64,000 nucleotides of DNA from Marinicella sp. (GTDB lineage: Bacteria; Pseudomonadota; Gammaproteobacteria; Xanthomonadales; Marinicellaceae). The notes beneath the pieces were generated by a model. That model was not told the origin of the DNA. It made no database searches and worked only from the letters and a program-made list of their open reading frames with translations. Positions 52,786 to 63,088 of the stretch are shown here, in pieces (the stretch's first letter is position 1; every line of letters starts with the position of its first letter). Location of the stretch: positions 1,280,001 to 1,344,000 of the forward strand of contig OZ246001.1 of assembly GCA_965230295.1 (NCBI GenBank), read 5' to 3'. Made by a program: the position numbers and the translations under genes.

Positions 52786-54240
52786 ATGCGCATAGAACCC
52801 TTGACAATGGCTTTGGTGGCCGGTTTGTACTTTGCCTTCTTGATGCTGATCGCTCATTTGACTGCCAAAAAAGCCTCCAACCAAGATTACTTCATTGGCT
52901 CCAGACAATCGCCTTGGCCAGTGGTGGCTTTCGGTATGATTGGTGCCAGCTTGTCCGGGGTGACGTTCATTTCCGTACCCGGTTGGGTCGGGGGCTCACA
53001 ATTCAGTTATTTTCAAATGGTATTGGGTTACATTCTGGGTTATGTGGTTGTCGCCCAAGTGTTGCTGCCATTGTATTACCGCGGTGGTTACACCACCATC
53101 TACACCTACCTAAAAGAGCGCTTTGGCTGGCATGCGCACAAGACCGGCTCTGCTTTTTTCCTGCTGTCTCGTCTGGTCGGGTGTGCTTTTAGGCTGTACT
53201 TGGTGGCGTTGATTTTGCACACCTTTATGTTGTCGCATTTTGGCTTGCCGTTTTGGCTGACTGCGCTGATATCCATTGCCATGATCTGGGCCTATACGGT
53301 CAAAGGCGGGATCAAAACCATTGTCTGGAGTGACACCTTACAAACGACTTTCATGATCATTGCGGCGCTGGGAGCCCTGTTGTTTCTGGCCAGTAATCTG
53401 GGTGAGTGCTTCTCTGTTGGCAGTGGTTTACAACAGATGATGGACAGCAGCTTCAGCCAAATTTTCTTCTTCAATGACGGCTGGGCAGACAGCCAGAATT
53501 TTTACAAACAATTCCTCAGCGGCATTCTTATTGTGATCGTGATGACCGGCCTGGATCAGGACATGATGCAAAAAAACCTGTCCTGCAAAAACCTGCGCGC
53601 TTCACAGAAAAACATGTATGTATTTGTGGTGATTTTGGTGGCGGTGAATTTCTTGTTTTTGTTGGTCGGTGCCGGTTTGTACCTGTACGCAGATGCCTTC
53701 CAAATTGCCCTGCCAGACAAAGCCGACTTGCTGTTCCCCACCATCGCTCTGAACCACTTCCCTGTGGAACTGGCCATAGTATTTGTGCTGGGCTTATTGG
53801 CCAGTGCCTACTCCAGTGCCGATTCAGCACTGACTTCTTTGACCACCTCTTTTTACCACGATATCTTGGATCGGGACGAAAATCAAGATCCGCGACAACG
53901 CCAGCTGATTCATTTGGGGTTTTCCTTGCTGGTGGTGACCTTGGTGGTGGTGTTCTATTACCTGATGCAAACCAATGCCATTGATGCCCTACTCAAAGCC
54001 GCCAGTTACACCTACGGCCCATTGTTGGGTATGTTTGCCTTCGGCATTTTCTCCAAGCGTCATCCAAACGACCACTTGATCCCCTGGATCGCCATCACCG
54101 CACCCATCCTGTCCTGGCTACTGGCCAATTATGGAACAGCCTGGTTGGGTGGTTACCAATTCGGTTACGAAATTTTATTGATCAACGGCACTGTGGTTTA
54201 TTTGGGTATGCTATTGACCAGCAAAACCAACAATAATTAA
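52786..54240 (+). CDS. Sodium:solute symporter
   Basis: SGVTFISVPG, GGIKTIVWSD, DQDMMQK, YGPLLGMF. Confidence 0.92.
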   Translation: MRIEPLTMALVAGLYFAFLMLIAHLTAKKASNQDYFIGSRQSPWPVVAFGMIGASLSGVTFISVPGWVGGSQFSYFQMVLGYILGYVVVAQVLLPLYYRGGYTTIYTYLKERFGWHAHKTGSAFFLLSRLVGCAFRLYLVALILHTFMLSHFGLPFWLTALISIAMIWAYTVKGGIKTIVWSDTLQTTFMIIAALGALLFLASNLGECFSVGSGLQQMMDSSFSQIFFFNDGWADSQNFYKQFLSGILIVIVMTGLDQDMMQKNLSCKNLRASQKNMYVFVVILVAVNFLFLLVGAGLYLYADAFQIALPDKADLLFPTIALNHFPVELAIVFVLGLLASAYSSADSALTSLTTSFYHDILDRDENQDPRQRQLIHLGFSLLVVTLVVVFYYLMQTNAIDALLKAASYTYGPLLGMFAFGIFSKRHPNDHLIPWIAITAPILSWLLANYGTAWLGGYQFGYEILLINGTVVYLGMLLTSKTNNN

Positions 54241-56099
54241 GGCTCGAATTGCTGGTAATGCTGTTCGCCGCTGATGATGTCATATTGCAACAGCTCGTAA
54301 TCCTGAATCCAACTGCGGTGTTGTTCCGAGATGATCGACTCTTTGTGGAATTCTTGCAAGTTATTTTGAATCTCAGTTAACAGGTTAAACAGTGGGCTTT
54401 TGGATAATTGAGCGATCGTCAAAATCTGGGAAGACAACAAATTCATACTGGTGTTTTGAGGTATTTGTTGGTTATCAAAATTATTCCAAATAAAATAAGG
54501 GACCTGGTGGCTCTTGATATACACATCCAAGGATTTCAATTCATCATTGTCATCTTTTTGTTTCATGTGTTTCAAAAATTTCCACTTGAAATGTATTCTG
54601 TTCTTGATGTTATCGGTCGAAAAATTAGCATCCAAAAAGTCCATGGCAATCGACTGTCTGAATTCAGGCAAGCCGGGCTGATGATCACCCATAACCAATA
54701 TCACCGCTGGTTCATTGTTGTTTTGGTAGTGGTTGATCAGTTGACCAATTGCCTGGTCGGCTCGGTGAAGGGCATTGATGTACGTTCTCAGTTGTGCCTG
54801 GCCACCTTCGAAGTAAGTCCCAAACACCTCTAAATCTGAATGATCGTAGGCTGGATAATCCCAGGGTCCATGGGTCGAGTTAGGAAAACTAAATATAAAT
54901 TGTGGGTCATCACTGGCTTCTGTCACTGCAATGATTTCTTCTACCAACATAGCCTCAGAAGGATAAATACCTTTGGGGTCTTTCACCATGCCTTCTTTTT
55001 GCCAAAGCGTGTAGTAGTGATCAAACCCCAGATAAGGATAGGCTTTTAAGTAGTTAAAAAAGTCCATAGATGCCACGTGAATGGCACTTGAGGTGTATCC
55101 ATGCTGCTTGAACTCACGAATCAAACTGGACATGGGTTTGTTTAAATAATCTATATACGGGATGGATTTTTCAGGCATAAAACGCATACTCAACCCAGTC
55201 AATAATTCAAATTCCGGATTGGCAGAACGACCACCAATTTCTGGCGAGATCACCAGGCCAGAAAGGCTTTGTTGTGCAAATTTTCTGAAATTTGGAATCG
55301 GATCATAACTGGTTTCGATACCCATTTGTTTGGGGTCTGCGAACGCTTCAATGAAAAAGATAATCACATCAGGCTTCAACTGGGAATCACCTGTTTTTTG
55401 TGCTGTGTATTTAGCAGCAATTTGATCGATGGTGTCTTTTGAATAGCCAGCCGGTGGCTTGATGGGTTGATGTTTCAGTACTTTGTAGTAAAAACCGAAC
55501 AAAAAACCATGACGTTGTGAAAGGTTTATCGGCAGTACTTTGCCCTCTAAACCAAATGTCTTAAAGATTGATTTTGCAATGTCATTACGCCAAACCCCCA
55601 CCAGAAAAAGCGCCACAACCAACAATGAAATTGATAAGTAACGATGTCGATGTAACACCTGATTGGGTTTGGTTTTGATGACGATCATAACCAACAAAAA
55701 CAGCAGTAAACCAATTAAAAGAAACGCCATCCAATAATCAAGCCACAAACCAGGAACCAAAAACACTTGCGCACCATGGATGATGTCAATCGGCGAAAAT
55801 AACAAGCCAAACACCTTGAACATCTCGGCATTGATTAACATGAAGACCACATAAAACCCAGTCACCAGGATCAAAGACAAGGCGATGCGGCGCAACAACA
55901 AAGCCAACATTCCCGCAGTGAGAAATATGGCCAAAGGCTCAAAAAAGTACGACGAGGTGGCAAAACTGATGGGCGATAGTTCTGTGTACCTTTCGAAGAC
56001 AGAACCCACCAACCAAAAGACCAGAAAACAGTAAATATACATGGCTGCTACTGTCAATACCCGACCAATCAGGCGTGTACTTCCTTTATTTTTTGTCAT
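54237..56099 (-). CDS. LTA-synthase-family sulfatase-fold membrane protein
   Basis: Five N-terminal TMs, EAF, GGRSANPEFE, HGP, GDH. Confidence 0.85.
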   Translation of the reverse strand: MTKNKGSTRLIGRVLTVAAMYIYCFLVFWLVGSVFERYTELSPISFATSSYFFEPLAIFLTAGMLALLLRRIALSLILVTGFYVVFMLINAEMFKVFGLLFSPIDIIHGAQVFLVPGLWLDYWMAFLLIGLLLFLLVMIVIKTKPNQVLHRHRYLSISLLVVALFLVGVWRNDIAKSIFKTFGLEGKVLPINLSQRHGFLFGFYYKVLKHQPIKPPAGYSKDTIDQIAAKYTAQKTGDSQLKPDVIIFFIEAFADPKQMGIETSYDPIPNFRKFAQQSLSGLVISPEIGGRSANPEFELLTGLSMRFMPEKSIPYIDYLNKPMSSLIREFKQHGYTSSAIHVASMDFFNYLKAYPYLGFDHYYTLWQKEGMVKDPKGIYPSEAMLVEEIIAVTEASDDPQFIFSFPNSTHGPWDYPAYDHSDLEVFGTYFEGGQAQLRTYINALHRADQAIGQLINHYQNNNEPAVILVMGDHQPGLPEFRQSIAMDFLDANFSTDNIKNRIHFKWKFLKHMKQKDDNDELKSLDVYIKSHQVPYFIWNNFDNQQIPQNTSMNLLSSQILTIAQLSKSPLFNLLTEIQNNLQEFHKESIISEQHRSWIQDYELLQYDIISGEQHYQQFEP

Positions 56100-56147
56100 G
56101 GTTGATTCAATCCGGGATTCGATGCTGCAAAGTGGACAAAGTTTACC

Positions 56148-56570
56148 TCATTCACCTCCATACTTGGCAAACAATTCAGCCCCCGTGAGGTTTTCTTCGG
56201 TGTTATCGGCAAAACTGTAGTAATCGGGTTTTTCATCGATGAAAACCTGCTGTTTGAAGACCAGATTGCTGTCGTCATCAAACAAGCCGACCGGTACCAT
56301 GTGGTGTTGGTTGCCTTTCAAACGATAAAATAAATGAGAACCACAGTTCTGACAAAATCCTCGTTCAGCCCATTCGGATGAACTGTAGGTTTTGATGTGT
56401 TCGACGCCTGAGTATTCAATGTCGGCACCGCAATTAACTTCCATAAACGGCCCACCACCCCATTGGCGACACATTTTACAATGACAAGCGCCGACCCAAT
56501 CATGCATGCTGTTGGCGGTGAAACTGACTTGGCCACACAGACAGTGACCTTGGCGAGGGGATTGTGACAT
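56148..56570 (-). CDS. GFA (CENP-V) family protein
   Basis: GHCLCG, CHCKMC, RGFCQNCGS. Confidence 0.93.
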   Translation of the reverse strand: MSQSPRQGHCLCGQVSFTANSMHDWVGACHCKMCRQWGGGPFMEVNCGADIEYSGVEHIKTYSSSEWAERGFCQNCGSHLFYRLKGNQHHMVPVGLFDDDSNLVFKQQVFIDEKPDYYSFADNTEENLTGAELFAKYGGE

Positions 56571-56733
56571 GGGTGTACTCCGGTTTGTTGTGTTGTGTGT
56601 CCTTTATTTTAACTCAAATCAGCTTGCATTCCAGCCAGATTCGGCATGCTTATTTGGTATACCGACATGTCATTGTTTCCATATCAGAATTCATGTGCAT
56701 TCCCAAGCTGAAGACAAGAACAAGCATAACTAC

Positions 56734-56967
56734 TGTCATTGCGAGCCACAAAGTGGCGTGCCAATCTTTTGTCTATGAAAAGGCTTTTGGAGATTGCCGC
56801 GTCGCTGCGCTCCTCGCAATGACTATAATCCAGTCATCCTCGGGCTTCCTTAAGGGGCCTACTTTTGGTGGCCCGGGGATCCAGACTTTCGATCTTTCCA
56901 GCATGATAATTTAAAATCAACTGAAACATCGCCCTCCTGGATCCTGCGATCAAGTGGCAGGATGACA
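56734..56967. repeat. Two GTCAT-type palindromic elements
   Basis: TGTCATTGCGAG..CTCGCAATGAC (56734..56823) and GTCATCCT..AGGATGACA (56833..56967). Confidence 0.8.
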
Positions 56968-56996
56968 AGAAAAATATCAGCCACTGATGTCAGTGT

Positions 56997-57710
56997 TTAA
57001 TTGCCTTCACCCACCGCCTCCTTGATCGCGGCAGCGGCCAACAGCCTGTTGGAATTCAGCGCCGGCAGTGGGCTGTTCCCTGCATGCAGCACCAATGGCA
57101 GTTCAGTACAGCCCAGAATCACTGCATCACAGCCTTGTTCGCCCAAGTCAACGATGATGTTTTGCAAGGCCTCCACCGATTGGGGATTAAAGATGCCACA
57201 GACCAACTCATCCATGATGATGTCATTCATGTCTTTAATCTGTTCATCTTTGGGGCGCAACCAACCCATGCCCAGTGCTTCGAGGTGCTCAGGATAGACA
57301 TCGCTGTTGACCAACCATCGGGTACCCAAAATACCCAACTGCTGGTAGCCACGTTTAACTGCTTGGTTGGCCACCACAGCTGCTATATGTAACCAGGGCA
57401 GTGGCGTGTGGTCCATGACATGTTCCATGGCCTGGTGAATGGTGTTATCCGGACAGATCAGGAAATCAGCGCCTTGAGCAGCCAGCTTGTTGGCTGAGGA
57501 CAACATCAAGTCACCCACCCCCTTTAAATCACCAGCCTCCAGCCTGGCCACATAGTCAGCCAATGAATGGGTGTGCATGGAGACCTCAGGATGGGCATGG
57601 GGTCCCATGAACTTAGGACTTTGAGTACAGATGGTTTTGTAACACAAGGCCGCACCTTCGGCTGAACAGCCAACAATGCCGATGTGTTTGGTTGGAATTG
57701 AATCATTCAT
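56997..57710 (-). CDS. Aspartate/glutamate racemase-family protein
   Basis: ICPDNTIH, WLHI, ILGCTELP. Confidence 0.88.
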   Translation of the reverse strand: MNDSIPTKHIGIVGCSAEGAALCYKTICTQSPKFMGPHAHPEVSMHTHSLADYVARLEAGDLKGVGDLMLSSANKLAAQGADFLICPDNTIHQAMEHVMDHTPLPWLHIAAVVANQAVKRGYQQLGILGTRWLVNSDVYPEHLEALGMGWLRPKDEQIKDMNDIIMDELVCGIFNPQSVEALQNIIVDLGEQGCDAVILGCTELPLVLHAGNSPLPALNSNRLLAAAAIKEAVGEGN

Positions 57711-57764
57711 ACAACCAGTTTAACCGCTATTAATGATGAAGTAATGCTTTAAAACAACTTGTGC

Positions 57765-57817
57765 TGTCATCCTGAGCGCAGCCGGCCGTTTCCGCTTCCT
57801 TGTTCGGTCGGAATGAC
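57765..57817. repeat. Degenerate GTCAT-type element
   Basis: TGTCATCCTGAGCGCAGC..TCGGAATGAC. Confidence 0.55.
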
Positions 57818-57822
57818 TCCAT

Positions 57823-57854
57823 AAAAAAAGCCTGTGAAGCAACGCTTCACAGGC
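57823..57854 (-). terminator. Rho-independent terminator
   Basis: AGCCTGTGAAGC-AAC-GCTTCACAGGCT with T tract on the minus strand. Confidence 0.85.
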
Positions 57855-57892
57855 TAAGAGGGTTAACACGTCCTGTGTTGATCAGCACTGAA

Positions 57893-59641
57893 TCAATCTA
57901 AAAATTCAGTCCAGCCATTGGTCCATGCATTGGCTTGTGATTTGAATGCACCGGCATAATTGGTCTTGTCAAAGAAAGCACCAAATTTAGTACCGTCCAT
58001 AGGCTCAACACTTGGTGTACCAGCTGTTGGGTAGATGCCATTCAAAGCAGGATCAGCCACTTGGTTACCCATTTGTGCTTCGAAGAAAGACTGAACCGTA
58101 AAGGCATCACCGTCTTCTTCTTCAAAGTTCAAAGCACAGCTGATGATGGTGTTTTCCATGGTGGCCGTGCCGGTTAATGAACCAGGTGTTCCGGCTGCAG
58201 CAAATGTGGCGCTTGAATCCAAATCCAAACATTTTTCAAAACCAGTCACAATCACATTGGTCATGTTAAAACCCGTACCGCGACGTAACACCATTCCTGT
58301 GGTGGTTTTGTTGTCAGAAGGTCCGCCAATGAAAGTCGCATTGGCAATGCTGGGTTGTGATCGTGGCGTGGCATCGTTGTTGTCTTCGAAGTTATCCGCT
58401 TCGATACCGCGCTCTTTGTCATTGGCTGCATTGGGGTCTTGTTTCACCACCAAGTACTGAACGCTGCCATTCCAACCGTGGGTCCAATCCAAAGAATCAT
58501 CTTTGATGCCGGTCAAAACCAAATGCTTGGCATTCACAGTACCGCCGAAGAATTCGATGCCGTCATCTTCGTTGGCGTGTACTTGTACATGATCAACCAC
58601 AGTACCAGAACCAACCGCTTGGAAAGCAATGCCATTCAACTCATCTTCGTCGTTGATTCTGAAACCACCGAACTGAACACGAACGTATTTCAACACACCA
58701 CTGGAATCATCAGGAATGTTACCACCGAAGTTACCTGAACCACCTTCACCAATGTCTTCACATTGCTCGAATGGCACTGAATCATCACAGATGTTGATCG
58801 GCGCTTGGCCATTGATCACCAAACCACCCCAATTACCTGCACCGGCAGACGGGTCATTGGCAGTGAAAGGACCAGTGAATACAACTGGTGCATTGACTGT
58901 ACCTTCAGCAAAGATTTTAGAACCTCGTTGTACAGCCAAGAAATCGTTACCTGTAACACCCAATACCCGAGTACCTGGCTCCACAGTCAAGTTTGCTGTC
59001 GTACCGCCATCTTCACCAACAAAAACACCACCTTGCAAGACCCAGTTGGTGTCGTTGGTCAATGTCACATCACCCGTCAAAGTACCAGAAATCGCACACG
59101 TTTTATCTTGGGCCGTTGCAGTAGCAAAAGCAGGACAACCTGTGAATTCTGTTTGGTATGGACAGACTGAAGAATCACGCAATGTACCAGCGATTTCATC
59201 AAAAGGTACCAAATCAAAACTGGTGGAAGTGTCTGAGATGAATTGACTGCTGATACCCGTTATGTTGGCGCTGATGCTGGTACAGCTTTTGACATCAAAA
59301 GTCATAGAACCGAATGCGCTCACGGTTCTGTTTTGCACCTCAGTGAATGAACCGTCAGTCACTTCAAACAGTTGAAATTCCAAAACTGATTGACCGGCAA
59401 CCACAGGTGCATTACCTGCAACCCATGTGGGTGTACCGTCATCACCATAAATAAAACCTGTGGTGAACATCAATCCGGCTTCAGGACCCGTTTTTACATA
59501 GTCCAATTGCCAACCTGTACCATTGTCTTCTGCACCACGGTACCAGTTACCTTCGAACAAACCATCTACATTGATGGCAGCAGCCGTACCTGAAACCATT
59601 AAACCGCCCAAAACAGCGGACTTTAATTTACCCAATTTCAT
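57893..59641 (-). CDS. Secreted acidic protein: N-terminal GxWY module plus beta-helix-like domain
   Basis: Signal peptide, FEGNWY..GTG module, WGGLVING, DSSGVLKYVRV, DDGIEFFGG, GIEADN. Confidence 0.85.
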   Translation of the reverse strand: MKLGKLKSAVLGGLMVSGTAAAINVDGLFEGNWYRGAEDNGTGWQLDYVKTGPEAGLMFTTGFIYGDDGTPTWVAGNAPVVAGQSVLEFQLFEVTDGSFTEVQNRTVSAFGSMTFDVKSCTSISANITGISSQFISDTSTSFDLVPFDEIAGTLRDSSVCPYQTEFTGCPAFATATAQDKTCAISGTLTGDVTLTNDTNWVLQGGVFVGEDGGTTANLTVEPGTRVLGVTGNDFLAVQRGSKIFAEGTVNAPVVFTGPFTANDPSAGAGNWGGLVINGQAPINICDDSVPFEQCEDIGEGGSGNFGGNIPDDSSGVLKYVRVQFGGFRINDEDELNGIAFQAVGSGTVVDHVQVHANEDDGIEFFGGTVNAKHLVLTGIKDDSLDWTHGWNGSVQYLVVKQDPNAANDKERGIEADNFEDNNDATPRSQPSIANATFIGGPSDNKTTTGMVLRRGTGFNMTNVIVTGFEKCLDLDSSATFAAAGTPGSLTGTATMENTIISCALNFEEEDGDAFTVQSFFEAQMGNQVADPALNGIYPTAGTPSVEPMDGTKFGAFFDKTNYAGAFKSQANAWTNGWTEFLD

Positions 59642-59676
59642 CTAAATTACCTCTGATAAGAATTCAAAAAACCGAA

Positions 59677-59732
59677 ATTCTACGCCCGGGTTGTTTCAGT
59701 TGAGTGACTGTAAGATGAAGTTTTTGTTACAA
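59677..59732 (-). promoter_or_regulatory. Pho-box array with -10 box
   Basis: Four half-sites at an 11 bp period (TTGTAAC, ACTTCAT, CAGTCAC, CTGAAAC), the last 10 nt from TAGAAT. Confidence 0.7.
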
Positions 59733-59782
59733 GGCCAGATTCACTCCTTATATATATGGCAATAAAAAAAAATATGTCGCAA

Positions 59783-59816
59783 AGGTAACAATACTGTCAC
59801 ATTAGGGCCCTAAAAT
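59783..59816 (+). promoter_or_regulatory. Pho box with -10 box
   Basis: AGGTAAC-AATA-CTGTCAC, 10 nt, TAAAAT. Confidence 0.7.
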
Positions 59817-59847
59817 TTGCCGCATCTTAAATTTCAAAAGAAATATC

Positions 59848-60633
59848 ATGTCGCGCATACTTAAACTGAATTCAGCTTTACAGTGGGTCAAATGGTCACT
59901 CATTATTGGTGGCTCAGCCGTAACTTTACCCGTGTTGGCACAACAAAACACCGAAGAGATTGTCAACAACCTGATCCAACTCAGGGGTCAAGTGGAAGAC
60001 TTGCAAGCAGAGATGCAAATTCTTAAGGCTGAACACACCCAGTCCATGTCTTATCTGAACACCAGAAAGACAGAGTTGGAAGCCAACATCGACCGCAAAC
60101 AACTGCAAATCAAACAAGCCCAAGCCGAAGTGGTGGATTTACAGGAAAAGATTAAAAACTTAGGCCTGGACTCAGAACAAATGATTCCTGCAGTCATGGC
60201 ATTGGCCAACGGCATCAAGCAAGGCATTGAAACAGGCATTCCATTTAAATACAAAGAAAGATCAAGTGTCATTGATGACATCAGTCGCGATCTGCAAGGC
60301 CGCAAAATCACTTCACAACATGCGATCAACCGTTTGTGGGCCTTCTTGGAAGATGAAATGCGTCTGGCCAGAGAAAATGCCATCTATTCACAAACCATCA
60401 ACTTAAACGGTGAAGATGTGTTGGTGGATGTGGCCAAATTAGGGACGGTGTTGATGTACTTCAAAACCAGAGACGACCGTTATGGACAAGCCGTCAACAA
60501 CAACGGTTGGTCCTTCAAATTATTGGATGACGAATCAGAAAGCCAGGCAGTGGCCACATTGTTTGACTCTTTGAAAAAACAAATCAGACAAGGCCTTTTC
60601 ACATTGCCTTTGAACCTCAACCAAAAAGGATAA
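59848..60633 (+). CDS. DUF3450-family periplasmic protein of TtpC-type TonB systems
   Basis: Signal peptide, coiled coil, IPFKYKER, position before the ttpC-like gene. Confidence 0.8.
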   Translation: MSRILKLNSALQWVKWSLIIGGSAVTLPVLAQQNTEEIVNNLIQLRGQVEDLQAEMQILKAEHTQSMSYLNTRKTELEANIDRKQLQIKQAQAEVVDLQEKIKNLGLDSEQMIPAVMALANGIKQGIETGIPFKYKERSSVIDDISRDLQGRKITSQHAINRLWAFLEDEMRLARENAIYSQTINLNGEDVLVDVAKLGTVLMYFKTRDDRYGQAVNNNGWSFKLLDDESESQAVATLFDSLKKQIRQGLFTLPLNLNQKG

Positions 60634-60647
60634 TTCAGAGACCCCTC

Positions 60648-62030
60648 ATGAAGAAATTATTGTTAATCGTATGGTTGTTTTCTTGTCAATGCCTGATGGC
60701 CCAAGAAAACACAGCTGCTGTTGCTGAACCGGCTTTACCTGAAGCCGATCCTGCCCAAGCCCAACAGGACTTGTTATTGGCTTATAAAAAGGAATATGCC
60801 TTTTTAACCTCACAAGTGAACAACATCCAAAGTCGCTTGGCTGAATTCAAACAAAATGCAGCGCTGGAAAAGCGTCAAATAGAATCGCAAATCTCTGCAC
60901 TGGAAAATCAATTGTTGAATGCAGAAGCTGTGGCCAACCAGCTTGAAGAAGAAATATTTACCATTCAGCGCAATTCCGAATCAGCCCAAGACAACCAGGG
61001 ACTGATTGAATCCACCATCATTCAAGCGCAATCCACCATGAGTGAATTCGGTTTCACAGGATTTCCGCAAACCGCTGAAGCCGAACCCGGTGATTTGAGC
61101 AAGGTACAAACCCTGGTTAATTTAGCCAATAGCACCATAGCTGAACATGCCAGCATCACCAAACAACCCAGCCAATTTTTCTTGACCGATGGTACATCGG
61201 TTCAAGGTGAAATCCTGAAAGTTGGCAACATCGCTTCTTATGGATACAGCCCCTCCGGATCGGGTGTATTGGCACCGGCGGGTGAAAAACAATTCAAAGT
61301 CTGGCAAGACAGCGACCCCGATGCCGCTGCCGGTATATTCAATGGCCAAAGCAGTGGTTTGCTGCCTATTTTCTTGTATGAATCTTCCATCAAAGCCATC
61401 GAAGAGAAGCAACAAAAAACCGTGGTCAGTGTGATCAACTCAGGTGGCTTGATTGCCTGGATCATCGCCGGACTCGGCGCATTTGCTTTGTTGTTGATCA
61501 TCATGCGGGTGTTCTTTTTGAACCGGGCATCGGCCAGTACCGAAAAGTTGCTTGGCGGGGTGGTACAAAAAATTGAACAGCGTGACGTAGAAAGTGCGAT
61601 TAAATTGGCCCACAAAGAGTCCAGCTCCAGTTCCCGTGTACTGCTTTCTGCTTTGCGTAACATCGACCGTGATCGTGATCACATCGAAGACATTGTGTCT
61701 GAATCTATATTGCATGAATCGGGCCAGTTGAACCGTTTTGGCTCCTTGATCATAGTGATTGCAACCGTGGCTCCGTTACTGGGGCTGCTCGGTACAGTCA
61801 CCGGCATGATCTCTACTTTTGACATCATCACTGAATTTGGTACCGGCGATCCCAAGCTGCTTTCCAGTGGTATTTCTATCGCCTTGGTAACCACTGAAGT
61901 CGGTCTGGCCGTGGCCATCCCGGCATTGTTGTTTGGCAACATCCTATCCGGTTGGGCTGAACGCATCAAGGACGACATGGAAAAAGCCGCCCTGCGTGCC
62001 ATCAACGTGTATAAAAAAGTGTTTGCATAA
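60648..62030 (+). CDS. ttpC: TtpC-like extended MotA/TolQ/ExbB protein
   Basis: Periplasmic coiled coil then APLLGLLGTVTGMI, GDPK, ALVTT. Confidence 0.85.
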   Translation: MKKLLLIVWLFSCQCLMAQENTAAVAEPALPEADPAQAQQDLLLAYKKEYAFLTSQVNNIQSRLAEFKQNAALEKRQIESQISALENQLLNAEAVANQLEEEIFTIQRNSESAQDNQGLIESTIIQAQSTMSEFGFTGFPQTAEAEPGDLSKVQTLVNLANSTIAEHASITKQPSQFFLTDGTSVQGEILKVGNIASYGYSPSGSGVLAPAGEKQFKVWQDSDPDAAAGIFNGQSSGLLPIFLYESSIKAIEEKQQKTVVSVINSGGLIAWIIAGLGAFALLLIIMRVFFLNRASASTEKLLGGVVQKIEQRDVESAIKLAHKESSSSSRVLLSALRNIDRDRDHIEDIVSESILHESGQLNRFGSLIIVIATVAPLLGLLGTVTGMISTFDIITEFGTGDPKLLSSGISIALVTTEVGLAVAIPALLFGNILSGWAERIKDDMEKAALRAINVYKKVFA

Positions 62031-62043
62031 CCCTGGTTTGTGA

Positions 62044-62652
62044 ATGATGAGTGATTTGATTCAACAACTACAAGGGTATTTCATCTCAGGTGGCTATGTG
62101 ATGCCACCTTTGATCATCGCCACCTTGGTACTTTGGTGGACCTTGGGTTACCGCATGATGGCTCTGCGCCGTGGCTCTGTGCGAAGCACTCGGGTGATGG
62201 TTTATCGTTACATGAAAGGACAGCTGCCCAGCAACCAAGGTGTCTTGGTGCGGGTGCTTAACAAAGGCATGAAACTGCGTGCCAAAGCTTTGCCCAACTT
62301 GCGGCGCTATTTAGATGATGCCTTTGCTGAAGAATCCAACGAAATCAGGAAATACAAAGTCCTGATCACCACCATTGTATTGGTGGCTCCATTGCTGGGT
62401 TTGTTAGGTACAGTGTCTGGCATGATAGAAACCTTCGACTCTTTGGGAGACATGTCCTTGTTCTCGCAATCAGGAGGTATTGCCGGCGGAATTTCTCAGG
62501 CACTGATCACCACCCAAATGGGTTTGGCTGTGTCCATCCCGGGTTTGATCGTGAATGGCATTCTAGACAAAAAACAAAAGCAACTGGAAATTGAAATGGC
62601 ACAGCTCAAAGACTATTTGTGCAGCCCCATTCCAGGCATAGAAACTGACTGA
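62044..62652 (+). CDS. exbB: ExbB proton channel
   Basis: APLLGLLGTVSGMI, GISQALITT. Confidence 0.9.
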   Translation: MMSDLIQQLQGYFISGGYVMPPLIIATLVLWWTLGYRMMALRRGSVRSTRVMVYRYMKGQLPSNQGVLVRVLNKGMKLRAKALPNLRRYLDDAFAEESNEIRKYKVLITTIVLVAPLLGLLGTVSGMIETFDSLGDMSLFSQSGGIAGGISQALITTQMGLAVSIPGLIVNGILDKKQKQLEIEMAQLKDYLCSPIPGIETD

Positions 62653-62677
62653 TTGAAGCAGTCACAGAGAACCAATT

Positions 62678-63088
62678 ATGAGATACAGAGAAAGTAAAGA
62701 AACCGTCCAAGATTTGAACATATCACCGTTGATTGACATGGTGTTCATTTTGCTGATTTTTTTCATGGTGAGTACCACTTTTGTCAAGGACATGAAATTG
62801 GATCTGGAAAGACCAGCGGCATCCAGTTCCAGCACGGCTTCAACCAAAGCCGTTCGGTTGTACATCGACAATGCCGGTGAAGTTTATCTGGATGGAGAAA
62901 GCATTCGTGCTTGGGTGATTCAATCCCGACTCAGAGATTTATTGAAAACCAAAACACAGAAATCTGTGTTGGTGGTGACTGATGAAAACGTGCCTTCGGG
63001 CAAATTAGTAGAAGTGGTGGATCAAGCCCGTCTGGCCGGGGCGTCAGATGTGGGTGTGGCCACAGAAAAAGAAGTAGGAGCAGGCTGA
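62678..63088 (+). CDS. exbD: ExbD
   Basis: NISPLIDMVFILLIFFMV. Confidence 0.95.
   Translation: MRYRESKETVQDLNISPLIDMVFILLIFFMVSTTFVKDMKLDLERPAASSSSTASTKAVRLYIDNAGEVYLDGESIRAWVIQSRLRDLLKTKTQKSVLVVTDENVPSGKLVEVVDQARLAGASDVGVATEKEVGAG

Noticed and set aside
56564-56914. 116-aa and 69-aa plus-strand ORFs
   Set aside because: They run into GTCAT elements and show no protein-like features.
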